Assembly (NCBI GenBank): GCA_018052945.1
Contig: JAGPMH010000001.1
Coordinates: forward strand, 8,220-72,219
Direction of reading: 5' to 3'
Length of the DNA stretch: 64,000 nt
Source: Negativicutes bacterium
GTDB taxonomy: Bacteria > Bacillota > Negativicutes > JAGPMH01
The position numbers and the translations under genes are program-made. Numbering within the stretch: position 1 is the stretch's first letter; the number at the start of each line of letters is the position of its first letter. This document shows, piece after piece, positions 41,301-54,468 of this stretch. The notes beneath the pieces were generated by a model. The model ran no database searches and was not told where the DNA came from. It was given only the letters and a program-made list of their open reading frames with translations.

Positions 41301-42320
41301 GAAGTGATTGCTTCATTAAATCAAGAAATTGATGAAGAAATGGCAGATAAAATTACCGCTGTGCGTAAAACTGTAACAATTCGTTCAGTATTAACTTGTA
41401 AATCACAATTTGGTGTATGTATAAAATGTTACGGTCGTAACTTGGCGACTGGCAATCAAGTTGATATTGGTGAGGCTGTTGGTATTATTGCAGCTCAATC
41501 AATCGGTGAGCCAGGAACACAACTTACAATGCGTACATTCCATACTGGTGGTGTTGCCGGGGAAGATATCACACAAGGTTTACCGAGGGTCGAAGAGTTA
41601 TTTGAGGCTCGTAAACCGAAACGCCAATCAATTATTACTGAAGTTTCTGGTAAAGTTGAAATAAAAGAATTAAAAGGACAACGTAAAGTTACGGTTCAAC
41701 CTGATGATTCTGAAGAGCGAGTTTACCAAATCCCTTATGGGGCGCGTATTATTGTTAAAGAAGGCGAAGTGATTGAAGCCGGTGATCGAATCACTGAAGG
41801 ATCTATAAATCCACATGATATGTTAAGAGTCTGTGGACTAAGAGCCGCACAACGTTACTTAGTATATGAAGTTCAAAAGGTTTACAAATCACAAGGTGTT
41901 GAAATTAATGATAAACACATTGAGGTTATGGTAAGACAAATGCTTCATAAAGTAAAAGTTGAAGAGTCCGGTGATACTGATTTCTTACCGGGTGAATATA
42001 TTGATGTTAATAACTTTGAAGCAGAAAATGCGAAAGCAATTGAGATTGATGGTGAGCCGTCAGTAGCGAGACCTATTTTACTAGGTATCACAAAAGCGTC
42101 ACTAGCAACAGATTCCTTCTTATCAGCAGCATCATTCCAAGAAACTACTAGAGTTTTAACAGATGCAGCGATAAAAGGTAAAGTTGACCCATTATTAGGC
42201 TTGAAAGAAAACGTTATCATTGGTAAGTTAGTTCCGGCCGGTACTGGAATGAGTAGATATCGTAATATTAAAATAATTAAAGATGGTACAGAAGAAGAAG
42301 AAACTACTGTAGCTGAATAA
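38361..42320 (+). CDS. rpoC: DNA-directed RNA polymerase subunit beta'
   Basis: [42 protein letters not shown] matches the B. subtilis N-terminus. NADFDGD catalytic motif. TTG start. Confidence 0.95.
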   Translation: MLDVNNFDSMRIGLASPEKIRTWSHGEVKKPETINYRTLKPEREGLFCEKIFGPTRDWECHCGKYKRIRYKGIVCDRCGVEVTRSKVRRDRMGHIELAAPVSHIWYFKGIPSRMGLILNISPRSLEKVLYFASYIVLDPGDTPLRKYELLNENEYRENRDKYGATFKVGMGAEAVKKLLEELDLEEMSKELRQELKEVSGQRKIKAIRRLEVVEAFRKSGNRPDWMILDVVPVIPPELRPMVQLDGGRFATSDLNDLYRRVINRNNRLKRLLDLGAPDIIVRNEKRMLQEAVDALIDNGRRGRPVTGPGNRPLKSLSDMLKGKQGRFRQNLLGKRVDYSGRSVIVVGPELKLHQCGLPKEMALELFKPFVMKKLVNAGHAHNIKSAKRMVERIRPEVWDVLEEVIKEHPVLLNRAPTLHRLGIQAFEPILTEGRALKLHPLVCTAYNADFDGDQMAIHLPLSAEAQAEARLLMLSAHNILSTKDGRPVAVPTQDMVLGAYYLTIEKPGAIGENKVFTGINEALLAYHEKELSLQAKIKVRDDKYGLVTTTLGRMIFNESLPEGVKYYYQEEDGWHLGILMDKKQLGILVGNCYRKYGNAITAVMLDKVKKLGYSFACRAGMTVAIADIIIPEEKVGILKSTEEQVKNIEKQYRRGLITDDERYKKTIELWTKATDDVTAAMMNNLDRFNPIYMMANSGARGNIQQIRQLAGMRGLMADPSGRIIDLPIKANFREGLTVLEYFISTHGARKGLADTALRTADSGYLTRRLVDVAQDVIVREDDCDVVGINLVRERAKLAKTSTGAIAVLKDSLMGRLLANEIVSPQTGAVLFEAETVIDEAMLNIIGENAVPEIVVRGTATEYESDVSNAVTTETITLGAPEEHVRDTIKKSMIREMLGKNTTKAVVDKSGVKIVPANVPLTEEHIEAILASDAREVKVRNNNIRGIEVKAIMDGAAVIERLKDRIVGRVLAEDIIDPETNEVIASLNQEIDEEMADKITAVRKTVTIRSVLTCKSQFGVCIKCYGRNLATGNQVDIGEAVGIIAAQSIGEPGTQLTMRTFHTGGVAGEDITQGLPRVEELFEARKPKRQSIITEVSGKVEIKELKGQRKVTVQPDDSEERVYQIPYGARIIVKEGEVIEAGDRITEGSINPHDMLRVCGLRAAQRYLVYEVQKVYKSQGVEINDKHIEVMVRQMLHKVKVEESGDTDFLPGEYIDVNNFEAENAKAIEIDGEPSVARPILLGITKASLATDSFLSAASFQETTRVLTDAAIKGKVDPLLGLKENVIIGKLVPAGTGMSRYRNIKIIKDGTEEEETTVAE

Positions 42321-42579
42321 TAATTGATAGCATAGACGATAAAGATTGTTGCAAAACACTTTATTGTTTATGCTATTTTTTCTATATTAAAATATTTAAT
42401 GAATAGTACTAATTAATATAATTTAGAAGATAAAATTAATTTTGAAAAATCTTTGCGCTAGATATTGATAAACGTAGTATTTATATGGACAAAACATAGA
42501 AATGAAACACGCCGCTCCGTGGGTATAAAAACAACTGATATAGCAAGGAATAAAGGTGATTTTTTTATAAGAAAATTTG

Positions 42580-42608
42580 TTGACAATGTCTTTTGCGAGT
42601 GTTAATAT
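42580..42608 (+). promoter_or_regulatory. Strong sigma-A promoter (extended -10) for L7Ae-rpsL-rpsG-fusA-tuf
   Basis: TTGACA (42580-85), 17-nt spacer, TGtTAATAT. Confidence 0.6.
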
Positions 42609-42665
42609 ATAAAAGTGTCTATGAGAGGTATAGCATTACTCTATAAAAATAGGGGAGTGAAGTGG

Positions 42666-42911
42666 ATGATACTTGACACATTTAAGGGCTCCAAGAAAGT
42701 TATTGGCGTCAAACAAGCTACAAAAGCTATCAGTAAAGACATTGCTGAAAGAGTTTTTATTGCAAGCGATGCGGAACCAAGAGTGGTAAAACAATTAAAA
42801 GAGCTTTGTACTGAAAAAAACATTGCCATTGATTGTAGTATTACGATGGCTGAGCTTGGAAAAGCTTGTGCCATTGAGGTTGGGGCAGCTGCAGTAGTGA
42901 TAACAAAGTAG
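42666..42911 (+). CDS. ybxF: L7Ae-family ribosome-associated protein (YbxF/RplGB-like)
   Basis: 82 aa, ...MAELGKACAIEVGAAAVVI matches B. subtilis YbxF. AGGGGAG RBS. The ORF-track start at 42615 is too long. Confidence 0.85.
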   Translation: MILDTFKGSKKVIGVKQATKAISKDIAERVFIASDAEPRVVKQLKELCTEKNIAIDCSITMAELGKACAIEVGAAAVVITK

Positions 42912-42991
42912 CTTCAGATTGTTAAATACTGTGTTGTAAAAGATGCAGTTATTAAATAATAAATCTTTTTTTTGAGGAAGGAGGTGCAGGT

Positions 42992-43369
42992 ATGCCTACA
43001 ATTAACCAATTAGTACGTAAAAGTAGAGAAAGTTTAGTAAAAAAATCTACTGCTCCAGCTTTGAAGGAATGTCCACAAAAGCGTGGTGTTTGTACAAGAG
43101 TATATACAACTACTCCTAAAAAACCTAACTCAGCGTTAAGAAAAGTTGCGAGAATTAGGTTGACTAACGGAATAGAAGTAACTGCTTATATTCCAGGTAT
43201 TGGACATAACCTACAAGAACATAGTGTTGTTCTTATTAGAGGTGGCAGGGTTAAAGATTTACCAGGGGTTCGTTATCACATCGTTCGCGGTGCGTTAGAT
43301 ACAGCTGGTGTTCAAAATCGTAACCAAGGTAGATCAAAATATGGTGCTAAACGCGCTAAAAAGAAATAA
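42992..43369 (+). CDS. rpsL: 30S ribosomal protein S12
   Basis: PTINQLVRK...[11 protein letters not shown]. Confidence 0.95.
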   Translation: MPTINQLVRKSRESLVKKSTAPALKECPQKRGVCTRVYTTTPKKPNSALRKVARIRLTNGIEVTAYIPGIGHNLQEHSVVLIRGGRVKDLPGVRYHIVRGALDTAGVQNRNQGRSKYGAKRAKKK

Positions 43370-43377
43370 TTAATTAG

Positions 43378-43881
<504 letters not shown>

Positions 43882-43906
43882 AATATTTACCTTATAGTAA
43901 GGAGCG

Positions 43907-45991
43907 ATGTTAGTGGCTAGACAGTTTTCTCTAGAAAAAACGAGAAACATAGGAATTATGGCGCATATCGATGCCGGTAAAACCACTACTACTGAGCGTA
44001 TTCTGTTCTATACAGGTAGAGTACATAAAATAGGTGAGGTTCATGATGGCGGTGCTACTATGGACTGGATGGTGCAAGAGCAAGAAAGAGGTATTACAAT
44101 TACTTCTGCTGCAACAACTTGTCAATGGAATGATCATCGTATAAACATCATTGATACACCTGGACACGTGGACTTTACTGTTGAGGTAGAACGTTCGTTG
44201 AGGGTACTTGATGGTTCGGTTGCGGTATTCTGTGCTAAGGGTGGGGTTGAACCTCAATCTGAAACAGTATGGCGTCAAGCTGATAAATATGGCGTACCTC
44301 GTATGGCGTACGTAAACAAGATGGATATATTAGGTGCTGATTTTTATAATGTTGTTGAAATGATGAAAACTCGCCTGGGAGCAAATCCTGTTCCATTACA
44401 ATTGCCAATCGGTTCTGAAGATGTTTTCAAAGGTATGGTTGATCTTGTCGAAATGAAAGCTGTTATTTATACTGATGACCTTGGCAAAACAAGTGAAGCT
44501 GCTGAGATTCCTGAAGAAATGAAGGATGATGCTGAACTTTATCGTCAAAACTTACTTGATGCTGTCGCTGAGAGTGATGACGAATTAATGATGAAATATC
44601 TTGAAGGTGAAGAAATTACGGCAGAAGAAATTAAAGCAGCAATTCGTAAAGCTACAATTGCTTGCAAAATGACTCCTGTTTTATGTGGTTCTTCTTATAA
44701 AAACAAAGGTGTTCAACCAATGCTTGATGCAGTAGTTGATTACATGCCTTCACCGATTGACATTCCAGCTATTAAAGGTGTTGATCCTGACACTGGTGCT
44801 GAGGATAAACGTGAAGCTAGTGATGATTTACCTTTCTCAGCGTTAGCTTTTAAAATTATGGCTGACCCTTATGTTGGTAAATTGGCATTCTTTAGAGTTT
44901 ACTCCGGTACATTGGCTTCGGGCTCTTATGTGTTTAACTCCACTAAGGGTAAAAAAGAACGTATCGGTCGAATTCTACAAATGCATGCAAATCGTCGTGA
45001 AGAAATCGAAATGGTTTACACTGGTGATATTGCAGCTGCAGTTGGTTTAAAAGACACAGTAACTGGTGATACACTTTGCGATGATAAAGCGCCAATCATC
45101 TTAGAATCAATGGTGTTCCCAGAGCCGGTTATCTCCGTTGCTGTTGAACCTAAAACAAAAGCTGACCAAGAAAAAATGAGCATTGCGCTTACTAGATTGG
45201 CAGAAGAAGATCCTACTTTCCGCATGAGTACAGACCAAGAAACTGGTCAATGTATCATCGCCGGAATGGGTGAATTACATCTTGAAATCATCGTTGACCG
45301 TATGTTAAGAGAGTTTAAAGTGGATTGTACAGTAGGTAAGCCTCAAGTAGCTTATCGCGAAACAATTCGTAAACAAGTTAAAACAGAAGGTAAATTCGTT
45401 CGCCAATCCGGCGGTCGTGGTCAATATGGTCACTGTGTACTTGAACTTTATCCTCAAGAACCTGGTCAAGGCTTTACTTTTGAAAACAAAGTTGTCGGTG
45501 GGGCAATTCCAAAAGAATATATTAGCCCAATCGAAGCTGGTATCAAAGAAGCAATGGAAAATGGTGTTGTAGCCGGTTATCCGATGGTTGATATCAAGGT
45601 TGTTGTAATCGATGGTTCTTATCATGATGTTGACTCCTCAGAAATGGCATTTAAAATTGCCGGTTCAATGGGCTTCAGAGCAGGTGCTCAAAAAGCTACA
45701 CCGGTATTGTTAGAGCCATATATGAAAGTTGAAGTAGTTGTTCCAGAAGAATATATGGGTGACGTTATTGGTGATTTAAACTCCAGACGTGGACGCATTG
45801 ACGGTATGGAAGCACGTGCCGGTGCGCAAGTTATCAAATCTTTCGTACCACTTTCCGAAATGTTCGGATATGCAACTGACCTACGTTCTAAAACACAAGG
45901 TCGTGGTAACTACTCCATGGAAATTTCACATTATGATGAAGTACCTAAAAATATTTCAGAAGCTATTGTCGCTAAAAATAAAGGCGAATAA
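43907..45991 (+). CDS. fusA: Elongation factor G (a GTG at 43913 is an alternative start)
   Basis: [13 protein letters not shown]1 motif and full EF-G domain set. Confidence 0.95.
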   Translation: MLVARQFSLEKTRNIGIMAHIDAGKTTTTERILFYTGRVHKIGEVHDGGATMDWMVQEQERGITITSAATTCQWNDHRINIIDTPGHVDFTVEVERSLRVLDGSVAVFCAKGGVEPQSETVWRQADKYGVPRMAYVNKMDILGADFYNVVEMMKTRLGANPVPLQLPIGSEDVFKGMVDLVEMKAVIYTDDLGKTSEAAEIPEEMKDDAELYRQNLLDAVAESDDELMMKYLEGEEITAEEIKAAIRKATIACKMTPVLCGSSYKNKGVQPMLDAVVDYMPSPIDIPAIKGVDPDTGAEDKREASDDLPFSALAFKIMADPYVGKLAFFRVYSGTLASGSYVFNSTKGKKERIGRILQMHANRREEIEMVYTGDIAAAVGLKDTVTGDTLCDDKAPIILESMVFPEPVISVAVEPKTKADQEKMSIALTRLAEEDPTFRMSTDQETGQCIIAGMGELHLEIIVDRMLREFKVDCTVGKPQVAYRETIRKQVKTEGKFVRQSGGRGQYGHCVLELYPQEPGQGFTFENKVVGGAIPKEYISPIEAGIKEAMENGVVAGYPMVDIKVVVIDGSYHDVDSSEMAFKIAGSMGFRAGAQKATPVLLEPYMKVEVVVPEEYMGDVIGDLNSRRGRIDGMEARAGAQVIKSFVPLSEMFGYATDLRSKTQGRGNYSMEISHYDEVPKNISEAIVAKNKGE

Positions 45992-46017
45992 GCAGATAAT
46001 TAAGGAGGATTTAAACA

Positions 46018-47205
46018 ATGGCAAAACAAAAGTTTGAAAGAACAAAACCACATGTAAACATTGGTACAATTGGTCACGTTGACCATGGTAAAACTACTTT
46101 AACAGCAGCTATCACAAGAGTATTATCAAAAACTGGTGGCGCTGAATTCTTAGGCTACGACATGATCGATAAAGCTCCAGAAGAAAGAGAACGTGGTATT
46201 ACAATCAATACTTCCCACGTTGAATATGAAACTTCAAAACGTCATTACGCACATGTTGACTGCCCAGGACATGCTGACTATGTTAAAAACATGATCACTG
46301 GTGCTGCTCAAATGGATGGCGCGATTTTAGTTGTAAGTGCAGCTGATGGTCCGATGCCACAAACTCGTGAGCACATTCTTCTTTCTCGTCAAGTTGGCGT
46401 ACCTGCAATGGTAGTTTTCTTAAACAAAGCTGACATGGTTGATGATGCTGAACTTATGGAATTAGTTGAAATGGAAGTTCGTGAACTTCTTTCCAGCTAT
46501 GAATTCCCTGGCGATGACATTCCTGTAGTTTCCGGTTCTGCGTTAAAAGCTTTAGAAGGCGATGCTGAATATGAAGCGAAAATCGTTGAACTTATGGATG
46601 CAGTTGATGAATATATCCCAACTCCAACTCGTGATACTGACAAAACTTTCTTAATGCCAGTTGAGGACGTTTTCACAATCACAGGTCGTGGTACTGTTGC
46701 TACTGGCCGTGTTGAACGTGGCGAAATCAAAGTTGGTGATGTGATAGAAATCGTTGGTATGGCTGAAGAGTCCAAACAAACTACTATCACTGGTGTAGAA
46801 ATGTTCCGTAAATTACTTGATTCTGCAGTAGCAGGTGACAATATCGGTGCATTACTTCGTGGTGTTGAACGTAAAGATATCGAACGTGGTCAAGTTCTTG
46901 CGAAACCAGGTTCAATTAAACCTCATACTAAATTCAAAGGTGAAGTTTACGTATTATCCAAAGAAGAAGGTGGACGTCATACTCCATTCTTCACTAACTA
47001 CCGTCCACAGTTCTACTTCCGTACAACTGACGTTACTGGCGTAGTTAACTTACCTGAAGGTGTTGAAATGGTTATGCCTGGCGACAACATCCAAATGTCA
47101 ATCGAACTTATCACTCCAATCGCTGTAGAAGTTGGTCTTCGTTTCGCTATCCGCGAAGGTGGCCGTACAGTAGGCGCTGGTGTTGTAACTTCAATTGAAG
47201 AGTAA
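46018..47205 (+). CDS. tuf: Elongation factor Tu
   Basis: [19 protein letters not shown] motifs. Confidence 0.97.
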   Translation: MAKQKFERTKPHVNIGTIGHVDHGKTTLTAAITRVLSKTGGAEFLGYDMIDKAPEERERGITINTSHVEYETSKRHYAHVDCPGHADYVKNMITGAAQMDGAILVVSAADGPMPQTREHILLSRQVGVPAMVVFLNKADMVDDAELMELVEMEVRELLSSYEFPGDDIPVVSGSALKALEGDAEYEAKIVELMDAVDEYIPTPTRDTDKTFLMPVEDVFTITGRGTVATGRVERGEIKVGDVIEIVGMAEESKQTTITGVEMFRKLLDSAVAGDNIGALLRGVERKDIERGQVLAKPGSIKPHTKFKGEVYVLSKEEGGRHTPFFTNYRPQFYFRTTDVTGVVNLPEGVEMVMPGDNIQMSIELITPIAVEVGLRFAIREGGRTVGAGVVTSIEE

Positions 47206-47215
47206 TTCAATGTTT

Positions 47216-47244
47216 ATTGTAGGGACGATTTTCGTCCCTACAAT
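47216..47244 (+). terminator. Stable hairpin after tuf (terminator-like but lacking a U-tract)
   Basis: 11-12 bp stem TTGTAGGGACG-atttt-CGTCCCTACAA. The 3' flank AAAGTTATG is not U-rich. Confidence 0.4.
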
Positions 47245-47272
47245 AAAGTTATGTAAGACCCTAATGCGATGA

Positions 47273-47309
47273 CGTGAAAGATTGCTTACGGGGTAAGGGA
47301 ACTTTCACG
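47273..47309 (+). promoter_or_regulatory. Nested stem-loop in the S10-operon leader
   Basis: Outer stem CGTGAAAG...CTTTCACG encloses an inner CTTAC-ggg-GTAAG hairpin. Confidence 0.35.
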
Positions 47310-47353
47310 GAGAAATGTCCGTTCTAGAAACTGGGCGATAAGGAGGAAATAAA

Positions 47354-47665
47354 ATGTCTAAACAACAAAAAATTAGAATTCGTTTAAAAGCATACGATCA
47401 TAAAGCTCTTGATCAAAGTGCTGTTAAAATTGTTGATACTGCTAAAAGAACTGGTGCAATGGTATCAGGTCCAATCCCACTTCCTACGGAAAAAAATATT
47501 TTCACAATATTACGTTCTCCACACGTTAATAAAGACTCACGTGAGCAATTTGAAATGCGTACTCATAAACGTCTAATTGATATACTTGAGCCAACATCCA
47601 AAACGGTAGATGCTTTAATGCGTTTGGATTTACCGGCTGGTGTGGATATCGAAATCAAACTGTAG
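47354..47665 (+). CDS. rpsJ: 30S ribosomal protein S10
   Basis: Homology. Confidence 0.95.
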   Translation: MSKQQKIRIRLKAYDHKALDQSAVKIVDTAKRTGAMVSGPIPLPTEKNIFTILRSPHVNKDSREQFEMRTHKRLIDILEPTSKTVDALMRLDLPAGVDIEIKL

Positions 47666-47680
47666 GAGGAGGTGGCATTA

Positions 47681-48322
47681 ATGGCTAAAGCAATTTTAGG
47701 AAAAAAACTTGGTATGACTCAAATATTTACTGAAGAAGGTAAAGTTGTTCCAGTTACGGTTGTTGAATCTGGTAAAACTGTTGTACTTCAAAACAGAACA
47801 ATTGAAAATGATGGTTATAATGCGGTTCAATTAGGTTTCGGCGCAATTAAAGATAAAAAGGTTACAAGTCCAATGAAAGGTCATTTTGCGAAAGCTGGTG
47901 CTGCACCAGTAAAATTTATTCGTGAAATGCGCTTATCTAGTCCTTCTGAATATAATGCTGGTGATGTAATTAGCGTTGACATATTTGAAGCAGGTGAACT
48001 AGTTGATGTTACTGGTACATCTAAAGGTAAAGGTTTTGCCGGCGGTATTAAACGTCATAACTTTGCTCGTGGTCCAATGGGACATGGTTCCAAATCACAT
48101 CGTGAACCAGGTTCAACTGGTGCGATGATGAGTGGTGGCGGCGGTAAAGTACTAAAAGGTAAAAAATTACCTGGACGTATGGGGCATGAAAAAGTTACCG
48201 TGCAACGTTTGAGCATTGTAAGAGTAGATGCAGAACGTAATCTAGTGTTAATTAAAGGTGCTATTCCTGGTGCTAAGGGTAGCTTCGTAGTTATTAAAAA
48301 TACTATTAAACCTAAGAAATAA
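47681..48322 (+). CDS. rplC: 50S ribosomal protein L3
   Basis: [19 protein letters not shown] at 47681 after AGGAGGAGG. Confidence 0.95.
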   Translation: MAKAILGKKLGMTQIFTEEGKVVPVTVVESGKTVVLQNRTIENDGYNAVQLGFGAIKDKKVTSPMKGHFAKAGAAPVKFIREMRLSSPSEYNAGDVISVDIFEAGELVDVTGTSKGKGFAGGIKRHNFARGPMGHGSKSHREPGSTGAMMSGGGGKVLKGKKLPGRMGHEKVTVQRLSIVRVDAERNLVLIKGAIPGAKGSFVVIKNTIKPKK

Positions 48323-48354
48323 GCTCTTTGGAGTTCGAAAGGAGGATGTGCTAT

Positions 48355-48981
48355 ATGCCAAAAGTAGCAGTTTATGATATCGCTGGTAAACAAGCCGGTG
48401 AAATCGAATTAAATGAAAGCGTATTTGGTGTTGAGGTTAATGAAGCATTGCTTCACCAAGCTGTTGTAATGCAACTTGCAAGTCAACGTCTTGGAACACA
48501 CTCAACAAAAACAAGAGGTTTAGTTCGCGGTGGTGGCCGTAAACCTTGGAAACAAAAAGGTACAGGTCGTGCACGTGCGGGTAGCACTCGTTCACCTATT
48601 TGGGTAGGTGGTGGTGTTACATTTGGCCCACAACCACGTTCTTATGCGTTTAAAATGCCTAGAAAACAACGTCGTTTAGCTCTTAAGTCAGCATTATCTG
48701 CTAAACTTACAGAAGGCGAAATAGTTGTTGTTGATAGTGTTAATTTTGAACAACCTAAAACAAAAAATGTTGTACAAATGTTAAATGACTTTAGTGCTGC
48801 AAGCAGTAAAGCTCTTATTATTACAGCGGACATTATCGATAGTGTTGAAAAATCTTCTCGTAATATCCCAGGTGTTAAAGCAATTGGCTCACAAGGCTTA
48901 AATGTTTATGACATTTTATATCATGATAAAGTTTTCATTACTAAAGATGCAGTTACCCGCATTGAGGAGGTGCTTGCGTAA
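48355..48981 (+). CDS. rplD: 50S ribosomal protein L4
   Basis: [22 protein letters not shown] 9 nt after AAAGGAGG. Confidence 0.95.
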   Translation: MPKVAVYDIAGKQAGEIELNESVFGVEVNEALLHQAVVMQLASQRLGTHSTKTRGLVRGGGRKPWKQKGTGRARAGSTRSPIWVGGGVTFGPQPRSYAFKMPRKQRRLALKSALSAKLTEGEIVVVDSVNFEQPKTKNVVQMLNDFSAASSKALIITADIIDSVEKSSRNIPGVKAIGSQGLNVYDILYHDKVFITKDAVTRIEEVLA

Positions 48982-49268
48982 TGGCAAATGCACGCGATAT
49001 TTTAGTTCGCCCTCTTATTACTGAGAAAACTACAATGTTAATGCAAGAAGGTAAATATGCATTCGTTGTAGCTAAAACTGCAAACAAAATTGAAATAGCT
49101 AAGGCTGTTGAAACAGTATTTAACGTTAAAGTATTAGCTGTTAATACTTTAAATGTAATGGGTAAAACTAAGCGTATGGGTCGCCACGAAGGCAAACGTC
49201 CGGACTACAAAAAAGCTATTGTAAAGCTTGCTCCAGGCGAACGTATCGAGTTTTTTGAAGGCGTATAA
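48981..49268 (+). CDS. rplW: 50S ribosomal protein L23
   Basis: Homology. Confidence 0.95.
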   Translation: MANARDILVRPLITEKTTMLMQEGKYAFVVAKTANKIEIAKAVETVFNVKVLAVNTLNVMGKTKRMGRHEGKRPDYKKAIVKLAPGERIEFFEGV

Positions 49269-49299
49269 TCGCTAAGTTTTTTGAAAAGGAGGTAAACCA

Positions 49300-50127
49300 A
49301 TGGCAGTAAAAAGTTTTAAACCATATGCTCCGAGTAGAAGATTTATGACAGTAGCTAGTTTCGATGAAATTACTACTGACAAACCGGAGAAATCATTAGT
49401 TGAGCGCTTGCAAAAACACGCTGGTCGTAATAACCAAGGTCGCTTAACTGTTAGACATCAAGGCGGTGGACATAAACGCCTTTATAGAATAATTGACTTC
49501 AAACGTAACAAAGATGGTATTCCAGCTAAAGTTGCAACTGTTGAGTATGATCCTAACCGTTCAGCTCGTATTGCACTTTTAAATTATGCTGATGGTGAAA
49601 AACGCTACATTTTAGCACCTAACGGTCTAAAAGTTGGCGACACTATTGTAAGTGGTCCAGAGTCTGATATTAAAGTAGGTAATGCTTTACCTATTAAAAA
49701 TATTCCAGTTGGTACTATGCTTCATAATATTGAACTTAAAATCGGTAAAGGTGGACAATTAGTTCGCTCTGCTGGTACAGGTGCTCAATTAATGGCAAAA
49801 GAGGGCGATTATGCACTTCTTAGAATGCCATCAGGTGAGTTAAGAAAAGTTCATATTAACTGTAAAGCAACAATTGGTTTAGTTGGTAACCATGAACATG
49901 AAAATATTACAATTGGTAAAGCTGGCCGTTCTCGTTGGTTAGGTATAAGACCTGCTAACCGCGGTGTTGCAATGAACCCTAATGACCATCCACATGGTGG
50001 TGGTGAAGGTCGTTCACCAGTTGGTCGTAAACATCCTGTTACTCCTTGGGGTAAACATGCAATGGGTGCGAAAACTCGTCGTAAGAAAAACTCTGACAAA
50101 TTTATTGTTAAGGGTCGTACGAAATAA
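49300..50127 (+). CDS. rplB: 50S ribosomal protein L2
   Basis: Homology. Confidence 0.95.
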   Translation: MAVKSFKPYAPSRRFMTVASFDEITTDKPEKSLVERLQKHAGRNNQGRLTVRHQGGGHKRLYRIIDFKRNKDGIPAKVATVEYDPNRSARIALLNYADGEKRYILAPNGLKVGDTIVSGPESDIKVGNALPIKNIPVGTMLHNIELKIGKGGQLVRSAGTGAQLMAKEGDYALLRMPSGELRKVHINCKATIGLVGNHEHENITIGKAGRSRWLGIRPANRGVAMNPNDHPHGGGEGRSPVGRKHPVTPWGKHAMGAKTRRKKNSDKFIVKGRTK

Positions 50128-50208
50128 TTAAATTAAAATATTCAGATGGACGTGAAATAAAATGATTTAATCATAATTTCAACGTTCCGGCGAAAGGAGG
50201 AAATCTCG

Positions 50209-50490
50209 TTGTCAAGATCGATTAAAAAAGGACCTTATGTTCATGAGAGCGTAATGAAAAAAATCAACGCTATGAATGAAGCTAATGAAAAAAAGGTTAT
50301 AAAGACTTGGTCACGTAGTTCTACTATTTTGCCTAGTTTTGTTGGTCATACTCTTGCAGTACATGATGGACGTAAACATGTACCTGTATATGTAACTGAG
50401 GATATGGTAGGACACAAACTTGGCGAATTTGCGCCGACTCGTACTTTCAAAGGTCACGCTGGCGAAGAAAGACGTACATCACTTAAATAG
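50209..50490 (+). CDS. rpsS: 30S ribosomal protein S19 (TTG start)
   Basis: [19 protein letters not shown]. Confidence 0.95.
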   Translation: MSRSIKKGPYVHESVMKKINAMNEANEKKVIKTWSRSSTILPSFVGHTLAVHDGRKHVPVYVTEDMVGHKLGEFAPTRTFKGHAGEERRTSLK

Positions 50491-50514
50491 TTTTTGCCGA
50501 AAGGAGGCTAAGCT

Positions 50515-50847
50515 GTGGAAGCTAAAGCAGTAGCAAAATATATTCGCATCGCGCCTCGCAAAATCCGTGTTGTTATGGATTTAATCCGTGGCAAAAATAT
50601 CGGTGAAGCGTTTGCGATCTTAAAATACACACCAAAAGTTGGTGCTGATGTAATTGAAAAAGTTCTTAAATCAGCAGTAGCTAATGCTGAACATAATAAT
50701 GATATGAATGTTGACAATCTTTTCATAAGTGCGGCTTATGTAGATCAAGGCCCTACTTTAAAACGTATTCACCCACGTTCACGTGGACAAGCGTTCAAAA
50801 TTTTGAAACGTTCAAGTCATGTAACTGTTGTAGTAAAAGAAAGATAA
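50515..50847 (+). CDS. rplV: 50S ribosomal protein L22 (GTG start)
   Basis: Homology. Confidence 0.95.
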   Translation: MEAKAVAKYIRIAPRKIRVVMDLIRGKNIGEAFAILKYTPKVGADVIEKVLKSAVANAEHNNDMNVDNLFISAAYVDQGPTLKRIHPRSRGQAFKILKRSSHVTVVVKER

Positions 50848-50868
50848 TTAAAGAAGGAGGGAAACGAA

Positions 50869-51537
50869 TTGGGTCAAAAAGTTAATCCACATGGTTTGCG
50901 TCTTGGTGTAATCAAAACTTGGGATGCAAAGTGGTATGCAGATAAAGATTATGCAAAAAATTTGCATGAAGATATAAAAGTTCGTAAGTTCTTAAAGCAA
51001 AAGCTTTTCACTGCGGGCGTATCTAAAATAGAAACAGAACGTGCATCTAACCGTCTTAAATTAACTATTCATACAGCTAAACCTGGTATGGTTATTGGTC
51101 GTGGTGGTGCAGGTATCGAATCTATCAAAACTGAAGTTAAAAAAATGACAGCGAAAAAAGTTGAAATCAATATTGCTGAAATTAAGCAACCTGATCTTGA
51201 CTCAACTTTAGTAGCTGAAAATATTGCAGCTCAATTAGAACGTCGTATTGCGTTCCGTCGTGCTATGAAGCAAGCGGTAACTCGCACTATGCGTATGGGC
51301 TCAAAAGGAATAAAAGTAATGGTTGGTGGTCGCTTAGGCGGTGCTGAAATTGCTCGTAGTGAGTCTTATCGTGAAGGAAGTATTCCTCTACACACTCTAA
51401 GAGCTGACATTGATTATGGTACTGCTGAAGCTCACACTACTTACGGCATCATTGGCGTAAAAGTGTGGATTTATAAAGGTGAGGTTTTACCTGAACGTAA
51501 AAAACCAGCTGCCGTTGTTGAAGGGAGCGAAGCGTAA
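50869..51537 (+). CDS. rpsC: 30S ribosomal protein S3 (TTG start)
   Basis: KH domain [13 protein letters not shown]. Confidence 0.95.
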   Translation: MGQKVNPHGLRLGVIKTWDAKWYADKDYAKNLHEDIKVRKFLKQKLFTAGVSKIETERASNRLKLTIHTAKPGMVIGRGGAGIESIKTEVKKMTAKKVEINIAEIKQPDLDSTLVAENIAAQLERRIAFRRAMKQAVTRTMRMGSKGIKVMVGGRLGGAEIARSESYREGSIPLHTLRADIDYGTAEAHTTYGIIGVKVWIYKGEVLPERKKPAAVVEGSEA

Positions 51538-51989
51538 TGTTAGTACCAAAAAGAGTTAAGCATCGCAAACAGTTCCGCGGTCGCATGAAAGGTAAAGCTA
51601 GTAGAGGTAATAAAGTAAGTCATGGTGATTTTGGTTTACAAGCACTTGAACCAGCATGGATTACAAATAGACAAATCGAAGCTGCTCGTATTGCGATGAC
51701 TCGTTATATTAAACGTGGCGGTAAAGTTTGGATTAAAATATTCCCAGATAAACCTGTAACAGCTAAACCTGCTGAAACACGCATGGGTAGTGGTAAAGGG
51801 TCACCTGAGTACTGGGTAGCAGTAGTAAAACCAGGTCGTATTATGTTCGAAATGGACGGCGTTAGTGAAGAATTAGCAAGAGAAGCAATGCGTCTTGCAG
51901 CGCACAAACTTCCTATCAAAACTAAATTCGTTACACGTGAACAAACTCAAGCAGACCAAGTAGAGGGCGGTGAAGTAAATGAAGGTTAA
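51537..51989 (+). CDS. rplP: 50S ribosomal protein L16
   Basis: Homology. Confidence 0.95.
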   Translation: MLVPKRVKHRKQFRGRMKGKASRGNKVSHGDFGLQALEPAWITNRQIEAARIAMTRYIKRGGKVWIKIFPDKPVTAKPAETRMGSGKGSPEYWVAVVKPGRIMFEMDGVSEELAREAMRLAAHKLPIKTKFVTREQTQADQVEGGEVNEG

Positions 51990-52176
51990 AGATATACGTG
52001 ATATGAGTGCAGGTGAACTTAACCAAAAACTTGCTTCCCTAAAAGAAGAGTTATTTAACCTTAGATTTCAACTTGCTACTGGCCAGCTTGAAAATCCAAT
52101 GCGTATCAAAGAAGTAAAGAAAACCATTGCTCGTATTAAAACAATTCAACGTGAACAAGAATTACAAGCTCAATAA
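51979..52176 (+). CDS. rpmC: 50S ribosomal protein L29
   Basis: Homology. Confidence 0.95.
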   Translation: MKVKDIRDMSAGELNQKLASLKEELFNLRFQLATGQLENPMRIKEVKKTIARIKTIQREQELQAQ

Positions 52177-52229
52177 GCTAAACTTGTAATGGGTTGATAT
52201 GCAAAGACTGGAAAAAGGAGGCTACAGGC

Positions 52230-52487
52230 ATGACTGAAAGAAATGAGCGAAAAACCAGAATTGGTAAAGTAGTTAGCGATAAAATGGACAAAACTGTTGT
52301 AGTTGCTGTTGAGCGTTTAGTTCAGCATCCATTATATAAAAAAGCTGTTAAGAAAACAGTTAAATTTAAAGCTCATGATGAAAACAATGAAAGCCATATC
52401 GGTGACACTGTTGAAATCATGGAAACTCGTCCGCTGTCTAAAGATAAGCGTTGGAGAGTTGTAGAAATTCTTGAAAAAGCGAAATAA
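52230..52487 (+). CDS. rpsQ: 30S ribosomal protein S17
   Basis: [25 protein letters not shown] after AAAAAGGAGG. Confidence 0.95.
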   Translation: MTERNERKTRIGKVVSDKMDKTVVVAVERLVQHPLYKKAVKKTVKFKAHDENNESHIGDTVEIMETRPLSKDKRWRVVEILEKAK

Positions 52488-52541
52488 TTTAGCTCAAAAC
52501 TAGTTTGAGTGGTCAAGAAATTTCAAGAAGGAGGGAAAACG

Positions 52542-52910
52542 ATGATTCAACAACAAACAATATTAAATGTTGGTGATAACACTGGTGCAAAAGAAATTAT
52601 GTGTATCCGTGTATTAGGCGGTTCTTATCGCAAATATGCTAACATTGGAGATATTATTGTTGCTGCAGTAAAATCAGCAGCACCTGGTGGCGTAGTTAAA
52701 AAAGGTGATGTTGTAAAAGCAGTAGTAGTAAGAAGTAAAAAAGGCTTACGTCGTCCTGATGGATCTTATATTCGTTTTGACGAAAATGCCGCTGTTGTTA
52801 TAAAAGACGACAAGACCCCTAGAGGTACGCGTATATTCGGACCAGTAGCAAGAGAGTTACGTGAAAAAGATTTCATGAAAATCGTTTCATTAGCTCCTGA
52901 AGTAATCTAA
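52542..52910 (+). CDS. rplN: 50S ribosomal protein L14
   Basis: [17 protein letters not shown]. Confidence 0.95.
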   Translation: MIQQQTILNVGDNTGAKEIMCIRVLGGSYRKYANIGDIIVAAVKSAAPGGVVKKGDVVKAVVVRSKKGLRRPDGSYIRFDENAAVVIKDDKTPRGTRIFGPVARELREKDFMKIVSLAPEVI

Positions 52911-52928
52911 GTTAGGAGGTGTCCTAAG

Positions 52929-53255
52929 TTGTCACAAAATAAGTTACATGTCAAAAAAGGTGATACTGTTGTAGTATTATCCGGTAAAGATAAAGGCATA
53001 AAAGGTAAAATCATTGAAGCTTTACCAAAAAAGACTAAAGTTGTAGTTGAAGGCGTTAACAAAGTTAAACGTCACACTAAACCAAGTCAAAGTAATCCAC
53101 AAGGTGGAATTATTGTTAAAGAAGCTCCAATGAATGTAGCGAAAGTAATGTTGGTTTGCCCAGCTTGCGATAAAGCTACCCGAATTGCTAAAAAAGAAGT
53201 TAGCGGTAAATTTGTTCGTGCTTGCAAAAAGTGCGGAGAGATCGTAGATAAATAA
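52929..53255 (+). CDS. rplX: 50S ribosomal protein L24 (TTG start)
   Basis: KOW motif [20 protein letters not shown]. Confidence 0.95.
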   Translation: MSQNKLHVKKGDTVVVLSGKDKGIKGKIIEALPKKTKVVVEGVNKVKRHTKPSQSNPQGGIIVKEAPMNVAKVMLVCPACDKATRIAKKEVSGKFVRACKKCGEIVDK

Positions 53256-53276
53256 TCACTGAAAGGAGGTAACTCA

Positions 53277-53816
53277 GTGGAAAGATTAAAAGAAAAGTAC
53301 ACTAAAGAAGTTGTGCCGGCTTTAATGGAAAAGTTTGGCTATAAAAATATAATGCAAGTTCCTAAATTAGAGAAAATTGTACTTAATATGGGTGTTGGCG
53401 AAGCTGTAGGTAATCCTAAAGTTTTAGATTCCGCAGTAAGTGATTTAACGTTAATCGCTGGTCAAAAACCAATATTAACTCGTGCAAAAAAATCTTTAGC
53501 AGCTTTTAAATTACGTGAAGGTATGCCAATTGGTGCAAAAGTAACTTTACGTGGTGAGCGCATGTATCAATTTTTAGATAAATTCATGAATGTGGCATTA
53601 CCTCGTGTTCGTGACTTCCGTGGTATCAGCGATAAATCATTTGATGGTCGCGGTAACTATGCTATGGGTGTTAAAGAACAATTAATGTTCCCAGAGATTG
53701 AATATGATAAAGTTGATAAACTTCGTGGTATGGATATTATTATCGTAACTACTGCGAATTCTGACGAAGAAGCTAGAGAATTTTTAAAACTAATGGGAAT
53801 GCCATTTAGCGCGTAA
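53277..53816 (+). CDS. rplE: 50S ribosomal protein L5
   Basis: Homology. Confidence 0.95.
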   Translation: MERLKEKYTKEVVPALMEKFGYKNIMQVPKLEKIVLNMGVGEAVGNPKVLDSAVSDLTLIAGQKPILTRAKKSLAAFKLREGMPIGAKVTLRGERMYQFLDKFMNVALPRVRDFRGISDKSFDGRGNYAMGVKEQLMFPEIEYDKVDKLRGMDIIIVTTANSDEEAREFLKLMGMPFSA

Positions 53817-53829
53817 AGGAGGGACTCTT

Positions 53830-54015
53830 GTGGCCAAAAAGGCGATGATTGAAAAGTGGAATCGCGAACCGAAATTTGAAGTTCGTCGATACAATAGATG
53901 CAAAATTTGCGGACGTCCGCATGGATATATGCGTAAATTCGAAATGTGTCGTATATGTTTTAGAGAACAAAGCTACAAAGGTGCTATCCCAGGGGTAACC
54001 AAAGCTAGCTGGTAG
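53830..54015 (+). CDS. rpsZ: 30S ribosomal protein S14 type Z (zinc-binding)
   Basis: 61 aa with CKICGRP...CRICFRE C4 motif. GTG start. Confidence 0.95.
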   Translation: MAKKAMIEKWNREPKFEVRRYNRCKICGRPHGYMRKFEMCRICFREQSYKGAIPGVTKASW

Positions 54016-54040
54016 ACATTAACGGAAGGAGGTAGGCCCT

Positions 54041-54439
54041 ATGGTAATGACTGATCCAATTGCAGATATGCTTACTCGTTTGCGTAATGCAAACTCTGTA
54101 TATCATGAAAAAGTAGAAATACCAGGATCCAAAATTAAAGTAGCTATTGCTAATATCTTAAAAGAAGAAGGTTTCATTAAAGATTTTGACTTTGTTCAAG
54201 ATAGCAAGCAAGGTTTATTGCGTGTAAACTTAAAATATGGACCTAATCGCGAAAAAGTAATCACAGGAATTAAACGTATTTCAAAACCTGGTTTACGTGT
54301 ATATGCGAAAAATGATCAACTTCCAAGAGTTTTAGGTGGTTTAGGTATTGCTATTGTTTCCACTTCAAAAGGAATCATGAGTGATAAACAAGCACGTAAA
54401 AACGGTCTTGGTGGCGAAGTAATAGCATACGTTTGGTAA
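54041..54439 (+). CDS. rpsH: 30S ribosomal protein S8
   Basis: [17 protein letters not shown]. Confidence 0.95.
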   Translation: MVMTDPIADMLTRLRNANSVYHEKVEIPGSKIKVAIANILKEEGFIKDFDFVQDSKQGLLRVNLKYGPNREKVITGIKRISKPGLRVYAKNDQLPRVLGGLGIAIVSTSKGIMSDKQARKNGLGGEVIAYVW

Positions 54440-54468
54440 TACAGTTTTTGTAGGTAGGAGGTGTATAT

